DNA of 63,858 bases, the filler included, from Stramenopiles sp. TOSAG23-3 (lineage: Eukaryota), in NCBI GenBank assembly GCA_900128585.1. It is 6 parts of 6 records of this genome, joined end to end, with 100 filler letters (N's around TTAATTAATTAA, not from the genome) between each part and the next. Parts side by side here need not be neighbours in the genome. Positions count along the whole stretch, not along the records: positions 32,045 to 42,600 come from LT642805.1; positions 42,701 to 53,241 come from LT642806.1; 4 more parts are not named here. The stretch is one strand, 5' to 3'. This document shows, piece by piece, positions 32,118-45,848 of the stretch. Both the position numbers and the translations under genes were made by a program. The notes beneath the pieces are model-generated. The model was not told the origin of the DNA. It searched no databases and saw nothing but the letters and a program-made list of their open reading frames with translations. Position 1 is the first letter of the stretch. The number at the start of each line of letters is the position of its first letter.

Positions 32118-35100
32118 CTACACTGCGCGATTAACCGTTGTAATCGTAAAGTCTTTCAACGCAAAACTTATCAAGGCGTTTGCCGGTACAAGAGAAGATC
32201 CCCTGAAACGATACGTAGCGTTGGTTGTTACCCCAAGGCCGGTTTGACCCAATAGCAGTTCTGAGACCATCAACGAAGAACCGATGGCATTTGTTTCATC
32301 AATTGTTTGTACCTTTGATTTTTGAACCCCTTCATGTGTTACAAAAATTTTAAACCCGTCATAATTTGGCGGGCGGGTAACGTTGGAAACCAAAGATCCA
32401 ACGTTTGAAACCTTAATAGAGCAATCACTTAGGGGCTCCAAAACATCATAGGGGCCCACCGATAAGACCAATTCAGCCGTGCTGGTATTCCACGACGCGG
32501 TCCACGTAGAACCCATGCAGCCATGGGCAACTAATGCATTACTAAATGAGATATTAACGCCTGGCAACGTCAAGTGCACGCTAGAGTTTGGCGCAAGACG
32601 GTTCCAAGAGTCTAAAGCAAACGAAAGCACCAACGACGTGTCGGTGTGTCCATATCCTGTATTGAAATTAAGCTCTGATCTCAAAAATGCGAACCTTTCA
32701 CTCGACACTTGGGGATTGTTGCAATTTTTCGTACATGCACATGCTCGTTCATCAATGCATCTTAATGGTAGTTGGCCTAGAACGTGACTGTTCGTGTTTG
32801 CATCATTTGTGATGGTCACGGTGGAATTTATCACTGACACGTCACTCGCAAAAACGCTACTAGAAATGGCGATTTCTGACAATAAAGTGGATTTCCTCAA
32901 AAACCCGTATGGAATCGTAAATGTGCAAATGGGGTTTCCTTGATGCTTTACATTATTCGGTAGACTGAAATGCAGTTCCTGATTTTCTGCTTGCCATGAC
33001 GCTTCCCAAGTGTCCACAGAAAATGTTCCGCACGTTACAAGCAGCGATTTAATTTTCTTGTAAGCATACGAGAACTGTGGCATGCCTAAAATTAACTTAG
33101 CCCCGGCTTCTAAACTGACGGTGTGCCGAAAGCGGTATGTTATCCCTGTAACCAAGTCCCCCCTGCTAGTCGGAACATCCCCATTAAAATATATTGCATT
33201 ATGCTCAAAATATTGCGCAGGGCCTTTGTATACAGAGCCCACAACACGATCTTTAGCGACGGGTCGGTTCTCATTTCCTGGTGTTTGGTGATACACGAAC
33301 ATGTCGTTGTAAATATTGTATTGTGTTGGTAAAGTCGTGAACCCCGTGGCAACCACAAGTTCACAGACAGTTCCTGGACCCAACGCAAGCGTAGGGGAAA
33401 AGACCAGCGTGCTTGCTCCAGGTATCCACGTGGTGGACAATGTTGTATTTGTACAGTTTTTGCCGGTCTGGCCGCTGAGACTTCCCGCAAAGGCAAATCC
33501 TACCAATTGAATGGAAATGTTCGTATATGCGGGGATGGTAGCTTCTGTTCGAAAAGTGTACCTCACAGTCACAAAGGGGCGATAAGGTGTTATGCGCTGG
33601 GCACTCAAAAGTAACGTCTTGATAGGTAACGTCCCGATACTTGGCGATTGAGTGACTGCCGTGGAGGGAACAAGAAGTTCATTGCTGGTACTGTATACGC
33701 GCACTATCCATGCAAGGGAATTTTCCGGGTGTGCGGTAGACGGTGTTGACAAATTGTAGTACTCCAGGTCCATTTGCGACAACTGACTTAAGACAACAGT
33801 GCCTGTAAAGGTAAATCGGACAGATGAATCGGCCGGGGAGTACGTTGCGCTGTACGATGTCCTTGACTGGTGTAAATGTTTGGTGTAATTTGCGAACCCA
33901 GGCAATTGCAATTGTATATATCCCACAGGTAAATCTTGCCCCGAAAGCTTTGTTACATTTAAAGTAAAGGTGATATTTGTTCGCGTAGATTTTTCAGATG
34001 ACGAAAGCAGTAATATTGACTTTGAAATCTGCTCCCCAATAGCGCTGGAAGTTCGTTTCTCGTTTGAAACTGGAGAAGTGGTATTACTTTTCAACCCGAC
34101 TGCAAAATATAGATTAGCAGGCAACTGGTTGCTCTCAAGACCTCTGGGAGGGGTAATGAAGTCTTTGTTAACGGTCGACAATTTGCAGGTTGTCTTTGGA
34201 GATAAGGGTACATCATTACCCGATTGAAACGTTAGCATCTCCGCCGTAGTATTCCATTCCGCTTTCCAGTTTTTTGCATGCCCACAGCCTTCTTCGGTCA
34301 GAGTAAACAACGCCCCGTTTACCGCACGAAAGCCCGGAAGATGCAACAAAATTTGATGCAACCGAAAATTGTTGGCGCTAAACAAATACGTCAACTTCGT
34401 CGCAGTGTAGTTGTAAGGATTTCCCAGGAAAATATCGCTCTTTAACATGCTATTGTGCGTTTTCAGCATGGTTTCAGTAAACAGAAAAACAGGACTGATG
34501 CCGGAAGCCCGACTATCCACACCGATAGAAACACTAAGAGGCGATTTGATACCTTCTCGCGGAGATGCAAGGGGGGTGATCTTTGAGGCTGCCATGTTGT
34601 ATTCAAGGGTATCTTTATAGGAAAAGTGCCCTGGGAGCATAACAAAATTTGCAGATGTTCCCAAATCCGTAGACATAAGGATGCGCACGTCCTGCTCGTT
34701 TAGGACAGCCGGAGAGGTACAGTGGAAGGTAGTAGGCGTGTACATGTCACATGGGACTAGTTTGTCGCCAAATTTGGCACGCATGACGCCTGTGACATAA
34801 ACTTGTCGGAACACTACGGTGACTTTTGTTCCGCCCTCAATAGAACCGTGACGGGGGAAGAACGTTACTGCTTCTGGTTTTTTGTACAAAGTAAAATATT
34901 TCGAAGCATCATTTTTGGACTGTACCGATTGGCTTCCATCGAAGGATAAATACGGCCCTATCATTTGTTTGTTAGCAAACGGTGGCGACGTAGCACCTGC
35001 TAAGCTCGGGCTGATATACTGCAAATCTGTGTTCTTTAAATACACGCTTGAATCGCTTGAATAAAAGAATAGAGACGCTTCTCGGATTGCACTGTGACCA

Positions 35101-38100
35101 AAATTTTCTCCACTCAAAAACACGTTCGTATAGCCATTCACGTACGCGATGGAAGGGTAGAAAGACATGTATGAAAATATTTCCATGTTAAGGGCCCCTT
35201 TCGTTAAATGGCGACTGCCATCAGTGTGAGAGACATTTAACGATGCAATTCCTACCGATGGTGGAACTTTCAAACGTATTAGTGCATCATTATTTGTAAA
35301 TGCAATAACGTCAGCCTTGGTATTTCCTAACGTGAACACTGGCTCTGAAGAAACCGAAAAATGGTTTCCATAAACGTATACTAGTATACCATCCGTTCCC
35401 TCCCTGTGGACCTCCTCAAAGCTGGTCGAACCAAATAGACCATACGATTGGTGCCTCAACCTCGTGTTATTGGAATTTGGTAATACACTCGTGCTGACAG
35501 CAGAAAGCGAGGGGGGGTGATATGATAATAAATGCGTTCGTTGACTTTCACGCGGAAGGGCAATGGAATGCCCCCCCCCCGCCCCAGCAGAAGATGTGCA
35601 GAGGACAAAGGAGGTTGTTGCAACAGTGCACCCGCTTGGCGTGTATGGGCCGTAAGAGACACCAAAGAAATTTTTGTCGGCACCAAAGTTAGACCCCTTT
35701 ATTACGATTAGCTCGTTCCCAGCAGTGTTTAGAAGCGATGGTGACACTTCCGTGATAACCGGAGATTCATACTCAAACTGCTGCATCGATTTTACAGAAT
35801 TTTGAAGGCCTACTTGCACGACAAAGGTATAGTTTTTTCCAAAGCTATTAGGCAAGTCGGGGCATTGTATTTCTTTATGGTTTTCTGTGATAACGCAATT
35901 GGGAATATCTGAACTTGTTTCAACTGCACTGTCTGTCAACAGCATGTACTGAGCGTCCCCCTTGGGCTTCAGCTTTACCCGGAATCTAGGGAAGGACACC
36001 GCTGGTGACGTCAGCGCTGGTGCTGTAATAAGTTCACCACTGGGCAGTTGAACTACCAGTTTGTATGCCTCTGGGTCATTTGCCTCTTTGATCGAGGTAG
36101 CCTCGATAGTATTGATTTGCAATTTGCAGCGTGTATTTTCACCGACGTTTTCGGTAAGTACGCCAGTAACAACCCCGTTACTGTTGTTCACAGAGACCTG
36201 ATTTGTGCCAACAACGGCAGTAGGAGGACATTTAAGTCCTAATGACGAGTGGGATAGATCAAAACCTTCTAGCTGCATCCCTATTTTATCATTTGTGTTC
36301 AAAACTGATTTCGTGACAAACTGTATACTCAAAGATATATTTTCTCCCACGACAGCTTTATCAAATGTGACCCCCCCCTCTATTACTGCAAAAAAACCCA
36401 AAGCTGTATTTATGTCAACAATTTGTTTTCCTGTGAGTTGTTTATTAGGAGAAAAGAGCGTCGCGTCTATCGTAGACTTTGACGGAACAATAAATACTTT
36501 GGGTAGGTTCACATGACAGAGTTGCTGCGCAGCCAATGCGTTTGAGTTTGATGCAAGAGACAAACCTACAGCCCCTGAGGACTGCCAAGCCCATTTCCAC
36601 GTCGTATTCCCACAAAATATTACACTAGCTTGGCCTTGGGTAGATGCCCCAGCAGCCCGAGCAAAACCGGGGAGAGATACCGTTATGTTATAAGACTCTT
36701 CCACGGTTCTTGAAATACGAAATCGAAAAGCGAGGCGGCTAGGTGCCCCTATACTTACGTTTCCAAAAGAGATGGAGCTCTCCAAAAATTCAGATCCAAT
36801 CGGTGGTGAGTGACGAATAGGTTGAGCAATTGTGACAAAATTTGTACACTTTGGCCCCGAACCTGATGCTGCTAGTGTGCGCAATTTAAGATCACGGGCT
36901 TGCGGAACGTTGGGCAAAGTAACATGCCCAGCAAATTGTAAAATGCACAATTGGCTCATGCCCAAGACTTGAGAGCGAAGGACCAACTTAAAAGAGCAAG
37001 AACTGCTCGAGAATGATGAGGGTTTCCAACGAATGTCACTGCCTGCGCATGAAAGTTCATTTGTGGGAATGGTAGAGCATCCAAATCCGGGTAGGGTGAC
37101 AGTAATGTTATCGTCTTGCCACAGGTTGCGCGAAAACGAAAACGTAAGTTTAATGTCACTCTTTGCACCTTCAATTGTCGTATTTAATTCAAGGGAGGTG
37201 TGAAGAAATTTTGGGGTCTTTCGAGCAAACTTGTGCCCATCAACGTTCACATGTATGTCAAACGTTGACATTTTCGTTTGGCGTTTAAATGGGTCGACAA
37301 ACGTATGCGAAAATGTTGAAGCACCTGTGTAATTGGATACGTTCAGACTACCTTGTTCATGAATAGACAAAGTGACAGAATTTTTAATGGCCGTGCCGTC
37401 ACCAATTTCAGGCTCCACCAAAAAATCATACTCCCCCAGTTTTGATAGCCATAGGGCTCCAGCGTAATTTACTGAAAATATAGACTGATCAGCAAGGCTT
37501 TCTCCATGGCGATGGGGACAAAACCAGCCAGACGAAGAGAAATCTACATTTTTCATCCCTACGTACGGAGAATCCGAACACGTAGGATCGTAATACAATG
37601 CTCTTAAACCCCTGTGGCGGTGCATCCTTACCCTCATTACCCCATTACTGTTGGGGGTCCCAAACTGTGACCCTGTCAAAGTGACTTTGCTGTCTCCTTT
37701 CTTGAGGGTTGTCCTTGACACATTCGAGGCATTCCGAATGGTTACACTGCTTATTACCGGGCGTGCGTATCTCGTTGTAATGTCCGTAATTGCCGCAGAC
37801 GCTTGCCCTTCTAGTTCTAGGAACCAACGAAATTGGCCTCCCACACCTGGGGCTGACTGGCATTTAATTATAGTGTTGCCAACAACGCTGCATTTGGGAA
37901 CATATGGGCCATATTCAGTGCCCAAAAAGTTACTTGAATAATATACGCGAGTTACGTTACTAGTTGCAGCTCCAAATGAATCACCTGTTAAGGTAATTGT
38001 TTCGTTGCCTAGCGTGGACAAGCTCGTGTGACCGCTTATAGTGTTAATTTGTGGTAATGCATATCGAAATTGTTGGGTGGACTTGCTTCCCCCTAGGGCC

Positions 38101-41100
38101 GCAATAAACACTTGCCACACCATACCAATTCTTCTGTGCAACGGTTTTGCGCTTACCGTTGTGCATGTCAGCGTATCGACTGTCGCATTCCCCGAGCGAG
38201 GAACAATTGCGCAGCCGCTAGCCGTGTATGTTGGACCAGAAGGGGCACCATAGGTTGCCGAAACCTCCCATTTTCCTGCCGGTGGGGCTCCTCCAAAATT
38301 TACCCCAGTTATGGTAACTTGCGTGCCTCCCAGTGTGTGAAAATATTTGTTGTTCGCGGTAACATTGAATATGATCGATGTGTTGTATTGGGTTTCCGAG
38401 TTTTCAGAATATGCACTGGTCAAGTCTTCAATTTGAATTTGCCATTTGAAACCGGCCCCCGCTCCTAAGGGGGTAACGCATCGTATTTCCTGATCATACG
38501 CATCGTCGTCGTCGGTTATGGTGCAGTTGGACGCCACAAAACTCAGATTCCTGCTGTTTCTATACCAAGCAGAAATAGAAAGGTTTGCCCCTGATAGATC
38601 AGGGCCAAAATGGTTGCCAATAAGAGTGACCACATCCCCCCCGGCTAGTGAAAGCGCTTTGTGGTCTGTTAGGCTTGTAATGACTGGGCTTTTGTATTGG
38701 GCGTACGCACTTGAGAGAGGGCTTTGCTGGCCTTGAACAGTGACTTTCCACCTCATTTTGTCTCTCTTATACCCCACTTTCAAAGGCATACTGGTACAAT
38801 TAATGCGCGTGTGGGCAACGACAACGGTGCAATTGGAGGAGTACCAGAACTTAGTACTAGTATTTGAGGTTTCCAAAGCTCTGTTTTCGTACACGGTGTT
38901 GAAATATATTGCCGTAGGAAGATCGTAATTACCATTCTCTGGGATTGGGCCGAAATTTGACCCCGTTAGCGTTGTATTCGATTGCTCGAAAAGATCCATC
39001 CCTTTAGGGTCGATGGGAAGAATCAAATCGATGCTGGGAGCGGTAAAATTCTTTTGCTCCTGCCATGTAAAACCTTCGTACGCATTGCTGTCCGCTTCGA
39101 CAACAAGAACTGCAAAATATCTGCCTGTGCCTGCGCCCGACCCGGTACTATTACAAACAATAAACGAATTGTTTACCAGTCTGCATTTGGACATAAAAAT
39201 ATCCGGCAATCCTGTACTTCTATGGATAACTTGGGGAACAGCATCACCGGTGAAATGATTTCCAGTAATCAACGCTACCGTGCTTCCGTCCGTTTCCATA
39301 GTGGGCTTCGAAAATTTGCAGTAAGTGTTGTAGATGCTGCTGCTCGAGTTGGTCGCGTTCTCCTTCATTTCGCAAAATTCCACTTTATGAATCACCGAGG
39401 TAACGTAGCCCAACGTGATGTTGAGGTCTGCTGGCACCAGTTTTTCTATTAGGCTGTTTGCATCCGATTGTTCGCCGGAAAGCAGTTCGACTTTAAAAGG
39501 CACAGAGACATATCTGCCAGTGTCAGTGCTCGCCCGCCCCTTTTTGGGGTTGGACACATTGTTAAAAATTATATTAAAATTGGTCTGTGACGCAATAGCA
39601 GAGGGAAATAATATTTCCACTGTATGATTGATATTGCGCTTAACGGTGGCGTTTTCACCATTTACCAATACCACAGAAATCGTGTCAGTTTGTATGTTCG
39701 GATCAAAAATACAGCGAAAGACATCATTTTCTATGATTTTGTTCTTGAAAGTTGGAGAGAAGGTATAGTTTATGTTTCTGGCGTCAAGACGGTCAATATT
39801 TACAGAGGCTGTTAGCTGCTTCAGCCGAGAAAATCGCTGCGATAAGTCAGACAGCGAAGTCAGACGGGTACTTAACGATATTTCCAAAGGCGCATATGTT
39901 TTGGTATTACTGTTGTACGACTCGCATCGGAATTTCCATCCATTATACGTTCTGGCCGCCCGCGGAAGTGTTACGTTCCGAATAGTAATCCTTACCTTGG
40001 TTACTTGGAATGTGTCTATCTTTGGGTGAAGCAAAAACGCCCCATCAGATGATTTTGAAATAGAGAAAACCATGACTGTGCCTGTGGATATATCGCTCAT
40101 GGTCACGTTATGGTGTAAAACAGATTTTACACCAAAACCTGCAGGGAACAGTATCATGAATCGTTTTGTCCCTTGGGTAACGTTGGTTCGATTAACCCCG
40201 TTCGTTGAATTTATCAACGGATTTATCATTTCCATTTCGAATGACACAGTTGTGTCGTCACCCGTTCGAGCATTGGAGTCTATATTCAGAAGCGTATTTT
40301 GATTCGTTGCTTCTATAATAGTGGGGCCGTCAATTGACCCTACATCGATTGAATCTCCACCACCACCATTGTTACCTTTCCAATTCGTTGAAACTTTTAT
40401 GGTGCCTACAGGCCCAGTCACAGCTGGATTATCAAGGATTCCTCTAACTGAAATATTTAAACTCCTACTCGTCGTTGATATGCACTTCGCGGGAATTGGA
40501 AGCACAAGTGTCATTTGTTGCCACGTCCCACTGCTGCTCACATTGGTGCAAGCAGGATTTCCGTCTGCCGATATTTTGGGAGACAGAGCCGGGACCGTGG
40601 GGTTCAAAAGAACGCTAGGGAATTCTATATTGACAGTACTAATGTTCGCTAACGGGTTAAAGTGCTTGAAAAACAAGTCAAGCCCGACACCCTTGACTCC
40701 TGCACCCACGTTGGTCCATTGTAAACTTTGATTGACAAAAGTCAGAGAGTTTGGTTCAATTTGAAACCCTGTTTTATTCGTACCTATGTCTACTGTGGTC
40801 AATCCTTGCACCTTCGTATACACAGTGACATTTCCTGTAGTTGACATACTCCTTGGCGGAGTCCTGATGCGAAAGACTTGGAGCTTCAACTCCACCGAAT
40901 TTTTTGGAATTGACGATGTTAACCCAGAGCATTTTATGCTCCGTTGTGAGGCAGCGCAGGTAACGGCATTTGAGGCACTCGTTCCAGCGTGCGTAAGAAG
41001 CCCTGATTGTATTGCTGTCAAGTCGAAGCCGTCACCTTGTAAATATTTATCGGGCTCAATGTATATTTCCGATTCCGAATTCACGGGGTTTGTGATGTCA

Positions 41101-42600
41101 AATGTTACGGAAAGGGTTGCCATCTCTCCACCAATAGTATTGTTAAGGCTAAGCATTACATTTTTCAGTTCTCCAGGAGCAACGTCCGGGAGATTTCCGA
41201 AACCTTCCACTGTTTCATCCGCCAATACGTACTGCCCATTATTTCCAATGTCATACAGAAGAGAAATATTAAACTTGGTCGCAGGTTTCCCGGATCGTCT
41301 TGGGTTCACTATATGTTTCAAAACAATTTTCATTGACGTTTTGGAGGAAGTTCTGGCGGGAAAGTCAATTTTTAGAATCTGTGGATGCGTTTTATTGACG
41401 GAAGAAACGCCACCAATCGTTGCTGAAGACGAGGCATTCAAAACTTCCACTGTTGCTGAGGCAGTATCGTGGCTTCCAAATCGCACAGCCGTCAAATCAT
41501 ACTCAGCTGGAAACGTTATTGCAACCCTTCCCTTAACATGCACGATGTTTGGTACATCAAAGGTAAATGCGAGAGAGCCATTATCGCCGGCTTTAACCAG
41601 AGACGTTGCTGCAACTTGGGCGTTTGTGACACCCCCAATGCTAATGGTTGCACCGCTGACAGAGGCGATTTGCACAGGGGCCAAATCTAAATCCGCAGCG
41701 ACAACTACCGACTGCTTATACGCTGGCAAACCCGGAGCTATGCGGGTATTAATATTTGTCAATGTCACTGTGCAGGCTGTTTTCTTGACTAAATTGGCAG
41801 TTTGAACGGTAAGTTTTACGCCAAAATCAGCACCTCCGGAACTTCCTTGGGAAGATGCTGCAAACGAAGCTGTGCTTTCACCACAATTAGTACTAACACT
41901 AATGGCACCCCCCGTTTGAAAATTGGGTAAATATAAAACAATATAGTCCTGTGAAGCTAGCCTGAGATCTGCATTTAGTTGAAATTTGTACGAGAGAGTA
42001 GTATTCTTGTTTCTAATTTTTGGTGAAATCGATAAACTGTCCTCTGTCACGGCCGTTTTGATCGGAAGTATATTCAAAACACCAAGCCGAGTAAAATTTC
42101 CTGCAGCGGCACCGGTGCTGGTTCTCATATACGTATTCGTAGCCCCCATCTTGTTTGTAAAACTAACGTCAATTATCATACTTCCGTCCAGAAGCGAGCT
42201 TATGTTTAGTGCAACCCTAGCACCTGACACTTGACAACCAGCTGCCTGCTCCGTCACATTATTAATACGTACATCAAATTGGCTGGCATCACAGGCAGTT
42301 GCAGACACGGGGACATTATAACTGAATGAGATCTCATGCACCGTGGTGGCATTTAATCGCCCTGCTACAGTAATAACCGGTGGAATCATGTTAACAGCCG
42401 TTTGGGTGGTTATGGCTGCCGCCACACCGACCCCCCCTGCTTGCGACGATGTTGGTTTTTGATTAGCGTGTGTCCCATTGGCCCAGTACGCCAGATTTAC
42501 TACACTTGCAGCCGTCATCGTATTTGTGGTGACAAATTTGACACTCTTCGACGATATCGATATGCTAACTATCGTTTCTACGGTGTTACCAATTTTGACT
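32118..42600 (-). CDS. Giant extracellular beta-sandwich repeat protein with multiple IPT/TIG domains and a PA14-like domain; 5'-partial (>3490 aa)
   Basis: Repeated PxIxxxxxxxxxxxGGxxxTxxGxNFG IPT motifs, GLRALYY...VDF...FSVNYAGALWLSKLGEYDF, many NxS/T sequons; frame open to 42600. Confidence 0.85.
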
Positions 42601-42700
42601 NNNNNNNNNNNNNNNNNNNNNNNNNNNNNNNNNNNNNNNNNNNNTTAATTAATTAANNNNNNNNNNNNNNNNNNNNNNNNNNNNNNNNNNNNNNNNNNNN
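42601..42700. other. Artificial contig linker
   Basis: N44-TTAATTAATTAA-N44. Confidence 0.97.
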
Positions 42701-42875
42701 AAGAAGAAGAAAGAAGAAGAAGAAGAAGAAGAAGAAGAAGAAGAAGAAGAAGAAGAAGAAGAAGAAAGAAGAAGAAGAAAAGAAGAAGAAAGAAGAAGAA
42801 GGAGAAGAAGAAGAAGAAGAAGAAGAAAAGAAGGAGAAAGAAGAAGAAGAAGAAGAAAAGAAGGAGAAAGAAGAA
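42701..42875 (+). repeat. (GAA)n / purine-rich microsatellite at contig start
   Basis: About 175 bp of AAG/GAA units. Confidence 0.95.
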
Positions 42876-43397
42876 CTACGAGGACCGTAGATAACTTGAA
42901 ACATTTTATTACATATAATACCATGGTAATAGCTGTTCAAATTATTTTATTTTTTTATTAAAGTATCATTTTTTTTGTGGCAGGTAGGGCGCGGGGGAGA
43001 GGTGAAGAGGGAGAGAAGTCGACTCTTCTTATAACCCTAATTTAATCCCGAAATCAAGTTTTTTCCTCCTATTTAAATAGGTAGCATAAATTTATACTTG
43101 TATTTGAATTTAATTTTTTTTTTATAATAATAATTATTTTTTTATTTTCTTTTTCTCGTCCTTTTCAACAATCCCCAATGTTATTATAACTCACGAGGAG
43201 TATCGCATACGTTGCAACGACAGTAGTTTCATATTGATGTTTTTATGTAGTTTCATATTCATGTTTTAATGTTTGCATCCTAATCAATACCATATCATCA
43301 ATTTTCTGCGGTGAAAAGAAGCGAGGAACAAGTCCCTTTGTTTGAGAGAAACGCACGGAGGAACATATCAAGTGAGCACAGGAGTTCTTATCTGGCG

Positions 43398-45548
43398 ATG
43401 GCGTCAGCGGCAACTTCTGCAACGCCCGATGGGGCGATTCCTTTGCTTAGCCAACAAGGGGAACAAATCGCACTGTCGAAGGAAGCCGTGGGAGTCCTTT
43501 GTGGAATTAAAGAACCACTCACCATTGTGGCAGTTGCGGGTTTGTATCGCACTGGGAAGTCATTCCTGTTGAATTCCTTGGTGGAAAGGAGGGGCACGTT
43601 TAACGTCGGCACGACCACGGACGCGTGCACGAGGGGTGTGTGGCTGTACGATACTGGCAAAACTGTGAACGGCGGCCGCCTGCTGTTTTTAGACTCTGAA
43701 GGTCTTGCGTCCCTCGACCAAGACGAGAATTACGACGCCAAAATATTCTGCTTGTCGCTGCTGTTATCGTCATATTTCATATTGAACTCGCTCGGTGTTA
43801 TTGACGAGGGGGCGATCGACCGCCTGTTCTTAGTTACCGAACTCACGAAAAGGGTGACCGTTGCTGCTGGGCAGGCAGACAGCGAACGAAGCCTGGGTTC
43901 GTATTTTCCGCCATTTCTGTGGTGTTTGCGTGATTTTGTTCTGAACCTAGAGCACAATGGCAAGCCGATCTCTCGAAACGAATACTTGGAAAATGCACTG
44001 GAGGAAAAGAGTAGCAAGAACAGGCGAGCCGACGAACGCAATGATATCCGCCGATCAATCAAATCGCTGTTCTCCAGCAGAACGTGCTACACGATGGTCC
44101 GCCCCTCGAACGATGAAAAGCAAATGCGGAAAGAGGGCGGCCTTCTGTACGAGGACTTGCGTCCTGAATTTATTGAACAGTTGGAGGAATTGCGGGGCAT
44201 TGTTCTCGAAAATTCAAGGACAAAGCAGATGAATGGCTGCGCAGTGAACGGGCCAATGCTGGTGAACCTCGCGAACACGTACGTGGACGCAATGAACAAT
44301 GGCGCCGTGCCAGAAATCAGGGGAGCGTGGGAGAGTTGTGTGTTGGAGATGTGCCGGGATAGTTATAGCGCCGCCATGGTCGAGTACACACGATTGCTAG
44401 GGGAGGGTTTGAAGCCAGCCGAGAATGGCCGTACTTTATCCCTCGATGGGTTCAACGAACTCGTGCTGAAATGTGAAAAGGCTGGGTTTGCCAAATTTGA
44501 AAAGCTTATCGTATCAGGGCCTGGGAAGCAAAAGGACGAGTACGCCATAAGGTTGAGGGACGCCATGCAGAACGAGCGGGGGCGAGCGTTCACAGGTCTC
44601 GAGCATACGTCCATCGCGTACTGCCAATCGGTCGCAGGAAAGACGTGGAAAAAGTGCGTGACGTCGCAACCGATTACGGAAGATTCTGTGGACTCGTTTA
44701 GTATGTTCGCCGACGTATACGAATCGTTTTTGGTTTGCTACGAATCTGACGCAAGCGGTGAGCTGGCGTTTGAGCGCGTGCTGAACGAATTCCTGAAGGA
44801 GAACCTTGTGAACCTTTTCCGGCGTTTTTTTGAGGTTGCAGCGACAAAGTCCGACAAGCTGAGGAGTGGATTGGAACAGCGTCTGAAAGGGAAAGAAGAA
44901 GAGGTAAAGAACCTTAAGTTAAACATAGAACGGGAAGTGAGCCGCTCAAAAGAGGCTGCGGTCGTCAGTGCAACAGCCATACAAGCGCTCGAGACGCAGC
45001 TGAAAAATATGGAAGAACAGAAGCGGGCCATGGTTCAGTTGCATAAAGAGGAAATCGCGAAGAGGCAAGAACAGGTCGAGTTACGAAGGGAAAAGGAGAA
45101 GGAACTACGAGCAGAGAAGAACGCGCGTCGTGAGGTAGAAGAAAAGGCCCTTGCCCTGAGAAGGCAGGTGGACGACGCGCGGATGTCGGTGGCTTCGGAG
45201 AGGCAAAAACGTCACGACTTGCTGGACGAATGTACGCAAGAGTACGAAGTTCAAAACACCATGAACCGGCTGCTGCACTCCGTTGAGATGCTTGGAGTGG
45301 CCTCCCAGAACCAGAAAAGTCTGCAGCGGCTGGAAGAAGAGTTGGGACGATCGTCGGATGAGCGTGCCGCCGTCTCTGTACAGCTCCGAGACTTTATGGA
45401 AAAAGTCAGCGCCTTGCCCGAAATCTACCAGCGCGTCGTGTTTTGCAACAACAAAAGTGGGTCCCAGATCGATTTTTACGATGCTGTTGCTGGGGGCGAG
45501 GACGATGATGGGGGAAGCATTTCTAGCTGGTTCGGTTTTGGTTCGTAA
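43398..45548 (+). CDS. GBP: Guanylate-binding protein (GBP/atlastin family GTPase) with coiled-coil tail
   Basis: G1 AGLYRTGKSFLLN, G2 CTRGVW, G3 LDSEGL, G4 FLWCLRDF, and GPMLVNLANTYVDAMNNGAVPEI. Confidence 0.93.
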   Translation: MASAATSATPDGAIPLLSQQGEQIALSKEAVGVLCGIKEPLTIVAVAGLYRTGKSFLLNSLVERRGTFNVGTTTDACTRGVWLYDTGKTVNGGRLLFLDSEGLASLDQDENYDAKIFCLSLLLSSYFILNSLGVIDEGAIDRLFLVTELTKRVTVAAGQADSERSLGSYFPPFLWCLRDFVLNLEHNGKPISRNEYLENALEEKSSKNRRADERNDIRRSIKSLFSSRTCYTMVRPSNDEKQMRKEGGLLYEDLRPEFIEQLEELRGIVLENSRTKQMNGCAVNGPMLVNLANTYVDAMNNGAVPEIRGAWESCVLEMCRDSYSAAMVEYTRLLGEGLKPAENGRTLSLDGFNELVLKCEKAGFAKFEKLIVSGPGKQKDEYAIRLRDAMQNERGRAFTGLEHTSIAYCQSVAGKTWKKCVTSQPITEDSVDSFSMFADVYESFLVCYESDASGELAFERVLNEFLKENLVNLFRRFFEVAATKSDKLRSGLEQRLKGKEEEVKNLKLNIEREVSRSKEAAVVSATAIQALETQLKNMEEQKRAMVQLHKEEIAKRQEQVELRREKEKELRAEKNARREVEEKALALRRQVDDARMSVASERQKRHDLLDECTQEYEVQNTMNRLLHSVEMLGVASQNQKSLQRLEEELGRSSDERAAVSVQLRDFMEKVSALPEIYQRVVFCNNKSGSQIDFYDAVAGGEDDDGGSISSWFGFGS

Positions 45549-45848
45549 AGAATTCTAAAACAAAACATATGCTGTTATTTATTAAGTAGTGAGAGTAGAT
45601 ATTTTATCTAAAGTTAATACAAATATATTTTACCTCTTGAAATTTCCAATTCATCCTTTCTCTGCACTGTAATTTGTTTTTGTCCACATATGATTTAAAG
45701 AAGAAATGCTGAACACATCACTCGTACACATGTAATTTTTACTTCTCGTACCAGTTTACCATTTTACTTTCGTACATGTTTAAGACTGATTCCCTGCAGA
45801 GAAGGACTAGGCGTGCATTAAAGAAACCGAATTTTGCTAATGCGAGCG

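Noticed and set aside
42649-42940. Poly-Ser/Leu/Phe ORFs
   Set aside because: Translations of the GAA microsatellite and Ns.
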